From Patescibacteria group bacterium (GTDB taxonomy: Bacteria > Patescibacteriota > Minisyncoccia > Minisyncoccales > UBA10102): a stretch of 64,000 bases of DNA. The notes under the pieces were generated by a model. That model was not told where the DNA came from. It worked only from the letters and a program-made list of their open reading frames with translations, and ran no database searches. Location of the stretch: contig JANBVJ010000001.1 of NCBI GenBank assembly GCA_024239055.1, positions 297,124-361,123 on the forward strand. Reading direction: 5' to 3'. The position numbers and the translations under genes were made by a program. Below are positions 37,318 to 47,268 of the stretch, piece by piece (within the stretch, counting starts at the first letter, position 1; each line of letters begins with the position of its first letter).

Positions 37318-38276
37318 ACACCAACAATAGTAAGTAGGAGTTGGAGAGTATAAAATATAGATAAGGTTATGTGAGTAGAATATCCTTTTTTGAGAAATAT
37401 ATCATATGTATGATCACGATCTCCTGAGGTAATTGACTTACCCTTAGCTAATCTCCTTAAATTAGTAAATATACCCTCAAAAAGTGGAACCCCCATAATT
37501 AAGAGAGCGCCAAACACACTCTGTATTACACTAAAATTGGAAAAAAGCAAGATAAATATAGCTCCGTAGAAGCCTAACAAATAAGCTCCAGAATCTCCCA
37601 TAAAAATACGGGCTGGAGGAAAATTAAAGAATAAAAATCCTGCAAGTCCTCCAATAATAATTAATGCAGTAGCTGCAGCAAAAATATTTCCAACTATTAT
37701 ACTCAAAAATAAAAATCCAAGGAAAGAAATTAAAGTCATTCCTCCTACCAACCCATCCATCCCATCTTGATAATTCACTGCATTGATAAATACAAAGATA
37801 TACAACGCAACAACTAATATAGAAAGAAGTGAAACTGTCATTCCACTAAAATACAGTAAAAGAAATGCTGAAAGTATAGGTGTAAAAAGCAGTAATATGA
37901 GCTTGAGTTTTGGTCGTGCTGAAGAAATATGCTTCCACTGTATATCATCCCAAAGACCAAGCAGAAACACTACAAAGGAAGCTGTAAGAAATCCCGCAAT
38001 GTCCTGAAGAGGAAAGCTCTGTGCGAGATAAAAGACAATTACAGATATGGTAATACTCACAAACAGGGCAATACCTCCAATGTATGGAATGGGCGTACCG
38101 TGAATCTTTAAATCGTCCCCCTTAGCAATATCCACAAATCCGTATTTGAGAGCCCCTGCCCGCAACACAAGAATCAGCAAGAGAGAAAGGATTAGTGATA
38201 CAACAAAAACGAGTGCGAATATCATGCTATTTAATAGAATAAACATAGATAAGAGATCTTTTATCCCCGTGTACAT
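37302..38276 (-). CDS. Polyprenyl-phosphate HexNAc-1-phosphate transferase (WecA/WbpL/MraY superfamily, initiating transferase)
   Basis: 324 aa, ~10 TM. DD motif (WDD) and NxxNxxDGxDG-like (NAVNYQDGMDGL). Annotated start overlaps the GNAT gene by 50 nt, so a downstream Met may be the true start. Confidence 0.8.
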   Translation of the reverse strand: MYTGIKDLLSMFILLNSMIFALVFVVSLILSLLLILVLRAGALKYGFVDIAKGDDLKIHGTPIPYIGGIALFVSITISVIVFYLAQSFPLQDIAGFLTASFVVFLLGLWDDIQWKHISSARPKLKLILLLFTPILSAFLLLYFSGMTVSLLSILVVALYIFVFINAVNYQDGMDGLVGGMTLISFLGFLFLSIIVGNIFAAATALIIIGGLAGFLFFNFPPARIFMGDSGAYLLGFYGAIFILLFSNFSVIQSVFGALLIMGVPLFEGIFTNLRRLAKGKSITSGDRDHTYDIFLKKGYSTHITLSIFYTLQLLLTIVGVWLIL

Positions 38277-38823
38277 TCATATGAGTAACATACTCAAACC
38301 CAGACTTTTCATAAAACTTAATTGCAGGAGTGAGCATTTCTCCCACCAGCACCTTAAACACCTTCACTCCCTTCCCTCGCATTTCTTGAATAAACACTTT
38401 AAGCATTTTGTTTGCAACACCTGTCCCCTGAAACTCTTTTCTTACCGCAATAGTAAGAAGCTCGGCCGTAGGAAGATCATGTGTTTTTGCAGGATATGCA
38501 ACGCTTTCAAACATATTCTTGATTCTGTGTAATGAAAAGATTGTGGGAACAAGTATATACACTGCAGAAAACAGTGCATGGAAAAGAAAGTACAGATAGA
38601 ATGAACGAAGGTTCGTAACACCAGCTACAAACCCTACAACCTTATCCTCCTTTGTTGCAATAACGCAAAAAGCAGAATCAGATGCAATAATCTGCTCATA
38701 CAATGTCTGTAAAAAAGCAAGGGGCAGAGAGCTTAAAAACCCTGTTTGTATTTCCTCTTTGTGAATCCTTGCAATGTCTTGTACTTCTGTTTTTGCTGCC
38801 AGAGCTATTGTGATGGTACTCAT
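38227..38823 (-). CDS. GNAT family N-acetyltransferase
   Basis: 198 aa. Acetyl-CoA motif A (LLTIAVRKEFQGTGVANKML). Confidence 0.75.
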   Translation of the reverse strand: MSTITIALAAKTEVQDIARIHKEEIQTGFLSSLPLAFLQTLYEQIIASDSAFCVIATKEDKVVGFVAGVTNLRSFYLYFLFHALFSAVYILVPTIFSLHRIKNMFESVAYPAKTHDLPTAELLTIAVRKEFQGTGVANKMLKVFIQEMRGKGVKVFKVLVGEMLTPAIKFYEKSGFEYVTHMNVHGDKRSLIYVYSIK

Positions 38824-39629
38824 ATATTTTTTATCAGCTTTTTAAGCCATCGGGGAAGCAGGTAGCCAATATATGCACGGAGCAGATAAAAATATGCCCA
38901 TTTTGAATACAAGGGTTCCTGCAAAGCTCTTTTGCGTGCCCGTACCGCAAAGAATGCCTGCTCCTTGTTCTTGCTTTCTGTAACGGAAAGGGACGAACGC
39001 CGCTGGGCTGTCAAAAAGATTGGAAGATTTGCAATATCATACAGCGTACTAATTCTGAAATAGAGCTCGTAATCTTGAGCATACCTCCACATTCCATTGT
39101 ACACCCCAACCTCTTGAAACACCGACTTTCGAATCATAATAGAAGAATGGAAGAAAGGATTGTAGATAATAAGAGCTCGCATTAGCTCTTCTGGCTTAGT
39201 AGGAAGCTTTCTTCGGTTTACCTCATTTCCCTTATCATCTATCTCAATACCCCAGGCACCGACCAGACCGTATGATGGATGAGAGTTAAAGAACTCAACC
39301 TGCAGTTTTAACCTATCGGGATATGATATATCATCTGCATCCATACGGGCAATATACTCCCCTCTTGCTTTTAAGATTGCCTCGTTCAAGGATTTGGTAA
39401 GTCCAATGTTCTTTGGATTATTGACAATCTGAATGCGCTTGTCTTTAGCCGCGTATTCTTTCAGGATATCCAGTGTCCCGTCTGTGGAACCGTCATTGGT
39501 AATAATGAACTCAAAATCTGTGAAGGACTGAGAAAGAATGCTCTCAACTGCCTCCCTGAGATATGCCTTCCCATTGTACACTGACATTAATACTGAAACT
39601 CTAGGTGTCTTCATATTTTTTTGTACCAT
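38820..39629 (-). CDS. Glycosyltransferase family 2
   Basis: VSVLMSVYNG ... ITNDGSTD ... DADD motifs (GT-A DxD). Confidence 0.85.
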   Translation of the reverse strand: MVQKNMKTPRVSVLMSVYNGKAYLREAVESILSQSFTDFEFIITNDGSTDGTLDILKEYAAKDKRIQIVNNPKNIGLTKSLNEAILKARGEYIARMDADDISYPDRLKLQVEFFNSHPSYGLVGAWGIEIDDKGNEVNRRKLPTKPEELMRALIIYNPFFHSSIMIRKSVFQEVGVYNGMWRYAQDYELYFRISTLYDIANLPIFLTAQRRSSLSVTESKNKEQAFFAVRARKRALQEPLYSKWAYFYLLRAYIGYLLPRWLKKLIKNI

Positions 39630-40968
39630 TATTCCATATCATATTCATCTTCTGTTCAAGGAAAGAAAACAGCTGAGACGAAGAGAGATACAAAGACGCC
39701 ACAGACAGGAGAGCAATAAATGCCGGAATGCGAAGTCTTGTATATATGCCAAAGTTATCTATAAACAGAGAAACCACCGCAAACACCCCGAGAGAAAATA
39801 GTACAAGTGGGAGAATGCGTTTCCAGGTATACCTCAACTTGACAATTCCCCGGACAATGAAAAAGGAAAATACATACCATGGAATTACTTCTAGTAAGAC
39901 GAACAACTGACGGGGATGAATAATATGCCAAGGAAGCGGGCCAAGTGCAACAAAGAGGAAAGAAATAAGATAGTGTTTCGCAAAAGAAGGGGGATTCTCA
40001 AACCCTGTTCTCACCACTACAGTAGAGCCCCGTCCGCTGGTTGCATCTTCAGAATATGGATATACTATCTCTCTCATATATGTTATTTTCTCTTGATTCA
40101 GAAAAGAAGGAATGATCGTACTCCCGTAATAGCCAAACCCAGAAAATTGAGGAAGGAATCCCAACAGAACAAGAATCAGTGCCCCATATATGACTTTCTT
40201 TTTAAGGTTTAGTCGCTCTACAAACGGCCAGACAAGAATAAATGTCAGAATAAGGACAAAGCCAATGTAAAAACGGAAATGCACAAGCAGGGCTGCGGCA
40301 ACATAGAAGACCAAAAAGTACTTGAAAGAAAATCCCTTCATAAGCTTTAGAATGAACAGTAGTGCGAATAGGGAAAGAACCGCAACCAGTGCCTCTCTCA
40401 AGAGAAGACTGCCAAAATACAGATAGCTTGGATATATCCCAACAAGCAATCCTGAAAACAATGCCCATTTAGGAGAAGCTCCAATCTCAAGGGATATAAA
40501 ATACACAAGCAGCACAGAAAGGGCAACCAGCCATACATTAAATAACTGGCCAACCAATAAATCTGGTATGGCAATAGCATACAGTCCTCCCACTACGACA
40601 GGATAATAGTGGGGGAGACCAAGGGTCTCAGAAATTCCACTCAAGGAGAAATCTCCCTGCCTGAAGTTCTCTGATATTACAACTGCCATTGCGTGATAGC
40701 TTCCCTGGTCTCCTTCCCCTCCGCCAAAAGGATAAAACTCAGCATAGTGAATAAAGAGGGTTGCGGCTAAATGCACAAGAAAGACAACCATAAAGAGAAT
40801 CACCAGATGTTTTCGTACTACTCCTATTCTTTTCAAGACAACAAACGTTCCAGCAGACAATAGAAAAAGCATCATCAAGCCTATACCTAACGCCAACTCA
40901 ACAAGAAAAGCTGCTCCAATTACAACAAGCAAGAACAAAAGTAGGTATGTTGGTTTCGTTTCCATCAT
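39601..40968 (-). CDS. Polytopic membrane protein, candidate Wzy-type polymerase / O-antigen polymerase-like
   Basis: 455 aa, >=10 TM with one larger loop. Located between GT genes, as for wzy. No strong motif. Confidence 0.45.
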   Translation of the reverse strand: MMETKPTYLLLFLLVVIGAAFLVELALGIGLMMLFLLSAGTFVVLKRIGVVRKHLVILFMVVFLVHLAATLFIHYAEFYPFGGGEGDQGSYHAMAVVISENFRQGDFSLSGISETLGLPHYYPVVVGGLYAIAIPDLLVGQLFNVWLVALSVLLVYFISLEIGASPKWALFSGLLVGIYPSYLYFGSLLLREALVAVLSLFALLFILKLMKGFSFKYFLVFYVAAALLVHFRFYIGFVLILTFILVWPFVERLNLKKKVIYGALILVLLGFLPQFSGFGYYGSTIIPSFLNQEKITYMREIVYPYSEDATSGRGSTVVVRTGFENPPSFAKHYLISFLFVALGPLPWHIIHPRQLFVLLEVIPWYVFSFFIVRGIVKLRYTWKRILPLVLFSLGVFAVVSLFIDNFGIYTRLRIPAFIALLSVASLYLSSSQLFSFLEQKMNMIWNNGTKKYEDT

Positions 40969-40974
40969 TATGAA

Positions 40975-42111
40975 TTACAGCACATCTTTGACAAGCTGCG
41001 TGTATGCAGCTAACTCTTCTTTCAAGACCTTTGGTTCGTCAAACCGCTTGAGAATAATTCGTCTCCCCTCCTTTCCCATTCTCTGAGCAAGTGCATCGTT
41101 CTTAAAGATGCGCCGGAGAGCTTCAGCTAAAGCAGTCGGGTTTTTGGGTTCAACTAAGAATCCATTTACTCCGTCTTGAACTACATCTTTTGATCCCCTC
41201 ACGTTAGCTGCAATAACTGGAATCTCCATTGCCATGCCTTCTGAAATTGAACGGGGTAGCCCCTCTCTAATAGAAGGCAATACCAATACATTACAAAGAG
41301 AAAGTATGGGACGTACATCTTCTCGAAATCCAGTAAAGACAAAATACCCACCAATACCCTTTTGCTCCACAAGCTTCTCATACCGTTTTCTCAGGCGCCC
41401 CTCTCCAACAAGCACAAATTTCACACTCATGCGTTCTTGTATGAGTATCTGAGCCGCCTCAAAAAAATCCTCATGCCTCTTGCCAGGATTAAACTCAGCA
41501 ACCATGCCAACAACCTTTTCATTGTCTTGTATGCCCAAGTGCTTTTGTGCAGCTGCTCTGTCTGCTTTACTCACATTGGCTTGTTGAAAGAAATCCGCAC
41601 TAATGGCAACCCCATGCATAAAGAATACCCTGTCTCTTGGATACAACTTCTGCGCTGCCTCATAATCTTCCTGATTTGTTGTAATAATTCCATCGGTAAA
41701 TACAGAGGCCACCTTCTCTATGATAACATAGAAGGCGTTCACTAAAAGGTTACCATTTGAAGAAAAATGAAACCCATGTACTGTGTAAATGATCAAGGGA
41801 ACACCAGCCAGGGTTGCAGCAATCCTGGAAAGAACACTCGCCACAGGCGTTGTTGTTGCCACAATATCATACTTTTGCCTTCTCATAAGAACAAATATCT
41901 GAATGAACGCAATAAGGTTTTGGGGATTGAGCATACTGCGGCTGAAAGAAATAGGGAAAAGCGTAAACCCTGCATTCTCTATTGCTTCTTTAAAGGTTGT
42001 GACCCTGCATGCGACCTCAACCTCATATCCTTCCCTTTGGAACATTTGCAGATGGGGAATCAGAAATGTCTGTATGGTTGTATCAACCGTGGTAATCTGT
42101 AAAAGCTTCAT
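40975..42111 (-). CDS. Glycosyltransferase family 4 (GT-B, retaining)
   Basis: 378 aa. C-terminal EX7E-like region (PSIREGLPRSISEGMAMEIPVIAANVRGSKDVVQDGVNGFLVEP). Confidence 0.85.
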   Translation of the reverse strand: MKLLQITTVDTTIQTFLIPHLQMFQREGYEVEVACRVTTFKEAIENAGFTLFPISFSRSMLNPQNLIAFIQIFVLMRRQKYDIVATTTPVASVLSRIAATLAGVPLIIYTVHGFHFSSNGNLLVNAFYVIIEKVASVFTDGIITTNQEDYEAAQKLYPRDRVFFMHGVAISADFFQQANVSKADRAAAQKHLGIQDNEKVVGMVAEFNPGKRHEDFFEAAQILIQERMSVKFVLVGEGRLRKRYEKLVEQKGIGGYFVFTGFREDVRPILSLCNVLVLPSIREGLPRSISEGMAMEIPVIAANVRGSKDVVQDGVNGFLVEPKNPTALAEALRRIFKNDALAQRMGKEGRRIILKRFDEPKVLKEELAAYTQLVKDVL

Positions 42112-42120
42112 GGAATTAGA

Positions 42121-43263
42121 TTATCTGTTTTTTTGAGATAACACCTTAATATAAAAATCTTGGTATTTTTGTACCGTACTTTCAATAGAATAGTTATCCT
42201 GGACCCGCTGCCTTGCTTGAGCCCCAAGCGAACGGCGCTCTGTATTGGACATATGCAGCAACTCCCTCCATCCTTTTGCTAGTGCGCGGGTATTGCGCGG
42301 AGGCACCACAATACCAGTATCCCCAACAATGCGGGCTGCATCCCCTACATTCGTAACAACACACGGCACGCCAGACGCCATGGCTTCAGCCACAACATTA
42401 GGAAACCCTTCTTGCAGAGAAGACAGAGTTGCAATATCCAATGCCGATGTAATTTGAGCAATATCATCTCTATTCCCTAACAGATGAATACGCTTTTCAA
42501 TGCCAGCTTCCATAATCCATTCTACCAACTCCTTGTTCTCCCAATTAATATCTCTTCCACTCAAGAGAAAATGCAGTTCAGGAAACTCAATAAGCAATCC
42601 TGCTGCCCGTACAAATATTCTATGGTCTTTCATTGGCTCAAAGCGTGCAATCAGGCCAATGAGCATGGTGTCGTCTGAAAGGCCGAGTTCTGAGCGCACT
42701 GATCTTCTGGCAGCGTCGTCTGGGTGAAAATTCTGAAGGTCAAATCCGTTTGGGATGACAACCATTTTTTCCCTATCATACCCGAGTAGGGCATGGGCGC
42801 GTTTTGCAGCCTCAGCACAGCAAATAATCTTTTCTGGAATCCAGTGAGACAACCAGGCATTTATCTTTGCAATAAACACAGTGGTTTTTTTCATGGACTT
42901 CCACTTCAATTCTGTCTGTCGAATCCCCCAGATGACCGGCATAGACATGCCTGCAAGCTTTACTACCAGCCCCACCATAAAATCTGCATGATACATCCAT
43001 GTCTGTACAAGGTCTGGAGAACTTGCCCTAAGCCAGCGAATAAGACGAAATGAGGCAAAGAGATTTGGCACACCTGACTCCATCCCCAAGGAGCGCACCG
43101 GAATGCCGAGTTTTTGAATCTTCTTTCCTACTGGCCCAATATCCGTCAATGAGATGACTTCCAAGGAAAACTTGGTCTCATCCATATTTGAAAGCAGCCG
43201 ATACAACATAGTTTCAGCTCCTCCTATATTCAGACCAGAAATCACATGAACAATCTTATACAT
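42121..43263 (-). CDS. Glycosyltransferase family 4
   Basis: 380 aa. N-terminus HVISGLNIGGAE and C-terminus SSLQEGFPNVVAEAMASGVPCVVTNVGDAARIV typical of GT4. Confidence 0.85.
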   Translation of the reverse strand: MYKIVHVISGLNIGGAETMLYRLLSNMDETKFSLEVISLTDIGPVGKKIQKLGIPVRSLGMESGVPNLFASFRLIRWLRASSPDLVQTWMYHADFMVGLVVKLAGMSMPVIWGIRQTELKWKSMKKTTVFIAKINAWLSHWIPEKIICCAEAAKRAHALLGYDREKMVVIPNGFDLQNFHPDDAARRSVRSELGLSDDTMLIGLIARFEPMKDHRIFVRAAGLLIEFPELHFLLSGRDINWENKELVEWIMEAGIEKRIHLLGNRDDIAQITSALDIATLSSLQEGFPNVVAEAMASGVPCVVTNVGDAARIVGDTGIVVPPRNTRALAKGWRELLHMSNTERRSLGAQARQRVQDNYSIESTVQKYQDFYIKVLSQKNR

Positions 43264-43266
43264 AGA

Positions 43267-44199
43267 CTATTGATTAAACAATCCCTTCATACGCATCTTT
43301 CCTCGTGCAATATTCCCATATAAGCCAACCCCGAGAATGGAAAGCAACAAATACAAGATGCTCTTAATATTAAAAGGATTAACCCTCAAGGAACGAAGAA
43401 ATGCCTTCCTTGCCTTCCCAGTATCTCCAAACAGCATATACTGTGTTCCATCATACCGCAATTTTGCACTATAGATACGAGAGTTTCCTGTATACCACTG
43501 TTTGTGCTTTTTGAAAATATAATCCCAGTCTTTCTCTCGCTTTTCCAACTGAAGAGCTGATGTAATATTGTCATTTCCAATATGATACACAACCAAGGCT
43601 TCATGCACCACAGCAAAATCATACGTTTGGGCTAACCTGATTCTCATCTCCCTATCCTGTGAGCTTTTCAGATTTGTATCAAATAATCCAACGTCATCAA
43701 ACACCTTCTTTTTGTACATAATACAGCTTCCAGGACCCATGTAGTCTCGAATAAGAATATTGGAAAACACATTGGAATATTCTGGAATCTTGTAGTATAT
43801 CTGTGTGTTTGTTGAATCGACAAACCAGGCATCGCATCCTACAAACCCCAGCTTAGGATTGATGGAGTCTTTAAATAGCTTAAGTTGTGTTTCAAGCTTC
43901 TCTGGCATCCACTCATCATCCGAATCCAAAACCGCAATGTATTCGCCTTTTGCTTGTTGAATACCTGCATTCTTTGGCAAAGCAGCCCCCCCAGAATGCT
44001 CCTGGTAGAGATACTGAATTCTCGCATCTTGAGATTGGTATGCCTTAACAATCTCTTTTGTGTTATCTGTGGAACCATCATCTGAAACAATGATCTCAAA
44101 ATCCTGAACAGTCTGTGTGAGCGCGCTTGAAATAGCCCGAGGCAATACATGGGCGCGGTTATATGTTGGGATAATAATGGAGACCTTTAGATTTACCAT
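43267..44199 (-). CDS. Glycosyltransferase family 2
   Basis: VSIIIPTYNRAHVL ... VSDDGSTDNT ... LDSDDE motifs. Confidence 0.85.
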   Translation of the reverse strand: MVNLKVSIIIPTYNRAHVLPRAISSALTQTVQDFEIIVSDDGSTDNTKEIVKAYQSQDARIQYLYQEHSGGAALPKNAGIQQAKGEYIAVLDSDDEWMPEKLETQLKLFKDSINPKLGFVGCDAWFVDSTNTQIYYKIPEYSNVFSNILIRDYMGPGSCIMYKKKVFDDVGLFDTNLKSSQDREMRIRLAQTYDFAVVHEALVVYHIGNDNITSALQLEKREKDWDYIFKKHKQWYTGNSRIYSAKLRYDGTQYMLFGDTGKARKAFLRSLRVNPFNIKSILYLLLSILGVGLYGNIARGKMRMKGLFNQ

Positions 44200-44214
44200 A
44201 GATAATTACTATAT

Positions 44215-45480
44215 TTATACCCTCTTTATCTGTCTTATTGTCATAAAATAGTAAAGAACAAAATTCAACCATGCTCCTAATACGAGCCCTATGGTGACTC
44301 CGATAATACCAAAGAATAATCCACCTATTCCAATAAAAAGTATCTGAAAGACATTGGATGTAATAATCAGCGCTGACAATTCTTTATGACGAAGGTTTGT
44401 AGCTAATATCGTATGCAATATGGTCTGCAGTAATACGGCAGGCAAGCTTAAACTTAGTATTAAGAAATACAGTACAGCTTGTTTGTAAAATGGAGGTAAA
44501 AAGAAACTGATATACAGAGAACCCACGAGAGCTATCCCTAAGGTAAAAAGAGTAGAGAGAAGAAATAATACTCTGAGCTTTAAGTGTACTTTTTGAATAA
44601 TTCCGCTCAACTCATTTCTAGAAAAATCGGAATACAAAAGATTATGCAATAATTTAGCGGGGGTTCTGGCTTGTCTTTCTAGATTGCGTGCTACAGAAAA
44701 TATAGCCAGATTGCCAAAGCCAAAAAAGGAACCGATAATAAAATCAGTAATTTTTTGAGACGTCTGCAGTATAATATCTGCTGGAATCATACTGATGCCA
44801 TATGTAAAGGGTTTTTTATCAATGTCTCCTTTCCTCCAAGCCCAAAATAAATGATTTTTCTTTACTACATACAAAAAACCCGCTAAACTTGTCAGACTAG
44901 TAACTCCAAAATACACAATAGCGTATATAATAATATTATGAGTGAGTACTGCAGCGACAACAGTACTAAAGAGAGTAACCACAGTAGCAACGATTCTCCA
45001 TATTGCTATCTCCTTAAACTGTTTTTTTGCTATAAATACTGACGTATAACTCACTCCTGCAAGGTATCCAATAAGCAGATAGATACCCATCACAACTAAA
45101 AGATAAGCAAAAACTGGAAACCCTGCGTAATATACAAAGGGCGTTGATAACAATACAAAAAATCCTATGGGGAGTATAAGCTTAAGGCGGGAAAAGAAAG
45201 CAAAGAGAAATGTTCCCTCCAATCCTCGCGCAACTCCTCTCTGTGCTCCAGTGGTCATATGACCTGCTGTTAAAGCAGTAAGCCATAATTGTATGGCAAA
45301 CACAAATTGGAGTCTTCCATAATCTTCAATGGATAGATTTGCTAAAATTATAGGAAGCGTTACTAAAGTAATAGAAATTACAACAACCTGAGGAAATCCA
45401 AGAATAAAGGTATCTTTAGAATAGTTTTTTACTAAAGATACAGTGAATTTTTTTACCTCTTTTAAATCCTGAAGATTCAT
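44215..45480 (-). CDS. Wzx-like oligosaccharide flippase (MOP/PST family)
   Basis: 421 aa, 12-14 TM, polysaccharide-biosynthesis-protein-like topology inside the glycan cluster. Confidence 0.65.
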   Translation of the reverse strand: MNLQDLKEVKKFTVSLVKNYSKDTFILGFPQVVVISITLVTLPIILANLSIEDYGRLQFVFAIQLWLTALTAGHMTTGAQRGVARGLEGTFLFAFFSRLKLILPIGFFVLLSTPFVYYAGFPVFAYLLVVMGIYLLIGYLAGVSYTSVFIAKKQFKEIAIWRIVATVVTLFSTVVAAVLTHNIIIYAIVYFGVTSLTSLAGFLYVVKKNHLFWAWRKGDIDKKPFTYGISMIPADIILQTSQKITDFIIGSFFGFGNLAIFSVARNLERQARTPAKLLHNLLYSDFSRNELSGIIQKVHLKLRVLFLLSTLFTLGIALVGSLYISFFLPPFYKQAVLYFLILSLSLPAVLLQTILHTILATNLRHKELSALIITSNVFQILFIGIGGLFFGIIGVTIGLVLGAWLNFVLYYFMTIRQIKRV

Positions 45481-45489
45481 TATAAATTT

Positions 45490-46413
45490 TTATTTTGGAA
45501 GAAAAACCACATTATCATAAGATACACGACTGACTGTTTTTTCTAATTGAGAAAACTGTTCCACATGCAGATTTCCTTCCTTATCAAGCGAATGCGGCAT
45601 GTACCCCCAACTATCAAGTAGGTCCAAGACAGGTTGGGCATATATACTCCAATTCTCCCCTCCCCAAAGTTCGGTTATAATCAGGGGTTTGGAATGCCGA
45701 ATCATTGCTTCAGATCCTTTCAGTACCTTATACTCTCCACCTTCCACATCTATTTTGATTATTGTGGGGAGCGTATGCTTTTTAACATATTCATCAAGGG
45801 TGCTTGCCTGTATTGTTATTTGTTGGTAATACTGAGGCCTCTGCTCTGCAACCGTCTTCATAATCGTACTTCCACCACTATGTCTTTTTCCATAGGCATC
45901 AAAAAAAGAAATGAGTCCTTTCTTATTAGAAAGAGCAAAATTATTCAAAAAAATATTACTGATATTTTCCATGGTTTTTTGTATACAAGGAAAAAGTAAG
46001 GGATGGGGTTCAAATACATGAATTTCCCCTTCTTGAATAAAGTTTTTTGCAAGAGCTGCATAAAATCCATAGTTTGCACCAACATCATAAAATACATCAC
46101 TGGACTTTAGGTGCTGAATCAAAAATCTTGTGAGTTTATACTCTCTATTGGGAAGAAATCCAAAATAATACAAGGACCCTGCATCAGAATCTGGTAAAAG
46201 CACGAATATATCGGTTCCCCAAAATGTCTTTGCACTTCTTGGCTTTACAGGGTCAAGAAATCCAATCTTAGACAGTCCACGCATCACAAAATTTCTTGGA
46301 TAACGAAAGAGTCTTCTTAGATGCACCAATCCAGTCCCCGAATAATACTGAAGATAAGCATGATTGACTTTCTCTACTAACAAGAGAATATGTGCGGGGG
46401 AAAGATTTCTCAT
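45490..46413 (-). CDS. FkbM family methyltransferase
   Basis: FYDVGANYGFYAA SAM-binding motif and overall FkbM-domain layout. Confidence 0.75.
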   Translation of the reverse strand: MRNLSPAHILLLVEKVNHAYLQYYSGTGLVHLRRLFRYPRNFVMRGLSKIGFLDPVKPRSAKTFWGTDIFVLLPDSDAGSLYYFGFLPNREYKLTRFLIQHLKSSDVFYDVGANYGFYAALAKNFIQEGEIHVFEPHPLLFPCIQKTMENISNIFLNNFALSNKKGLISFFDAYGKRHSGGSTIMKTVAEQRPQYYQQITIQASTLDEYVKKHTLPTIIKIDVEGGEYKVLKGSEAMIRHSKPLIITELWGGENWSIYAQPVLDLLDSWGYMPHSLDKEGNLHVEQFSQLEKTVSRVSYDNVVFLPK

Positions 46414-47231
46414 TTTATCCTAGCGCGCCGATGCGCTCCTAAATGACGAACATATGGCGCCTCATGGTATCCAATAATACCACTTTTATATCCTCCTTTT
46501 CGAACCTTAAGAGCATACTCATACGCTGTGAAATATAAAGCAAAAGGATAAAAGCGCAAAAATAGCTCCATTTTTGTAAGATAGGGATTAAAAGCAAAAA
46601 TACGATTGTACTCAGCGTATCCTTTATCTTTCTCTTTGGCTCCTACATATTCTCGCTGATTGATGGGTTCTCTATATGCCAATATCTGACCAAGAGTAGA
46701 ATCCTGCCTTAATAATGTCATCATCTTCATTATGGGAATTGGACGTAAAAATTCCCAGTCGTCTTCACAATGAAAAACAAATTCGCTTTCAACTTCGCTG
46801 TAAATTCTGTTAAGAGAATAGCCAAGACCCCTGTTCTTCGTATTTAAAAGCTTAAGGTCAAATCCTTTAAGGTTTTCAATATAGCTGCGTGTCTCTTGAG
46901 ATTCGGGGTAGTCATCAATGATAAACCATTTTGTTTTTTTATCATCATACTGAAAATACTTTCTCAGGCTTTCAATGGTTTTTTGTAAATACTCTTTTCT
47001 TCCAGCTGACGTAATAATAATGGTAACTTCATTATTCTTTAACTTCTTGCCAGAAAGCTTTGACTTTAAAGATTTTCTTAGCGAATACAACTCAAAGTAA
47101 GCTAAGATAAGCTTAAGTTTATACCGGCTGAATCTGCCTGGAAATACTAACAACCGCCACAAAAGATTTCCTTCTGTAACCTTTGATTGCAGGCGTTGTT
47201 TTATTATCCGTAAAATATCTACTATCATCAT
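46410..47231 (-). CDS. Putative GT-A fold glycosyltransferase (divergent)
   Basis: VTIIITSAGRKEYLQKTIESL, FIIDDY, HCEDDWEF (DxD-like) motifs. Assignment tentative. Confidence 0.45.
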   Translation of the reverse strand: MMIVDILRIIKQRLQSKVTEGNLLWRLLVFPGRFSRYKLKLILAYFELYSLRKSLKSKLSGKKLKNNEVTIIITSAGRKEYLQKTIESLRKYFQYDDKKTKWFIIDDYPESQETRSYIENLKGFDLKLLNTKNRGLGYSLNRIYSEVESEFVFHCEDDWEFLRPIPIMKMMTLLRQDSTLGQILAYREPINQREYVGAKEKDKGYAEYNRIFAFNPYLTKMELFLRFYPFALYFTAYEYALKVRKGGYKSGIIGYHEAPYVRHLGAHRRARIK

Positions 47232-47268
47232 AAACTTACCTCTTTACTCTTCCTTACATTAAGCATAT

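Noticed and set aside
38146-38532. 128-aa plus-strand ORF, and similar plus-strand ORFs at 41362..41745, 45634..45999 and 54794..55147
   Set aside because: All lie antisense within supported minus-strand glycan-locus genes, have no RBS context and have low-complexity or basic-residue compositions typical of AT-rich antisense frames.
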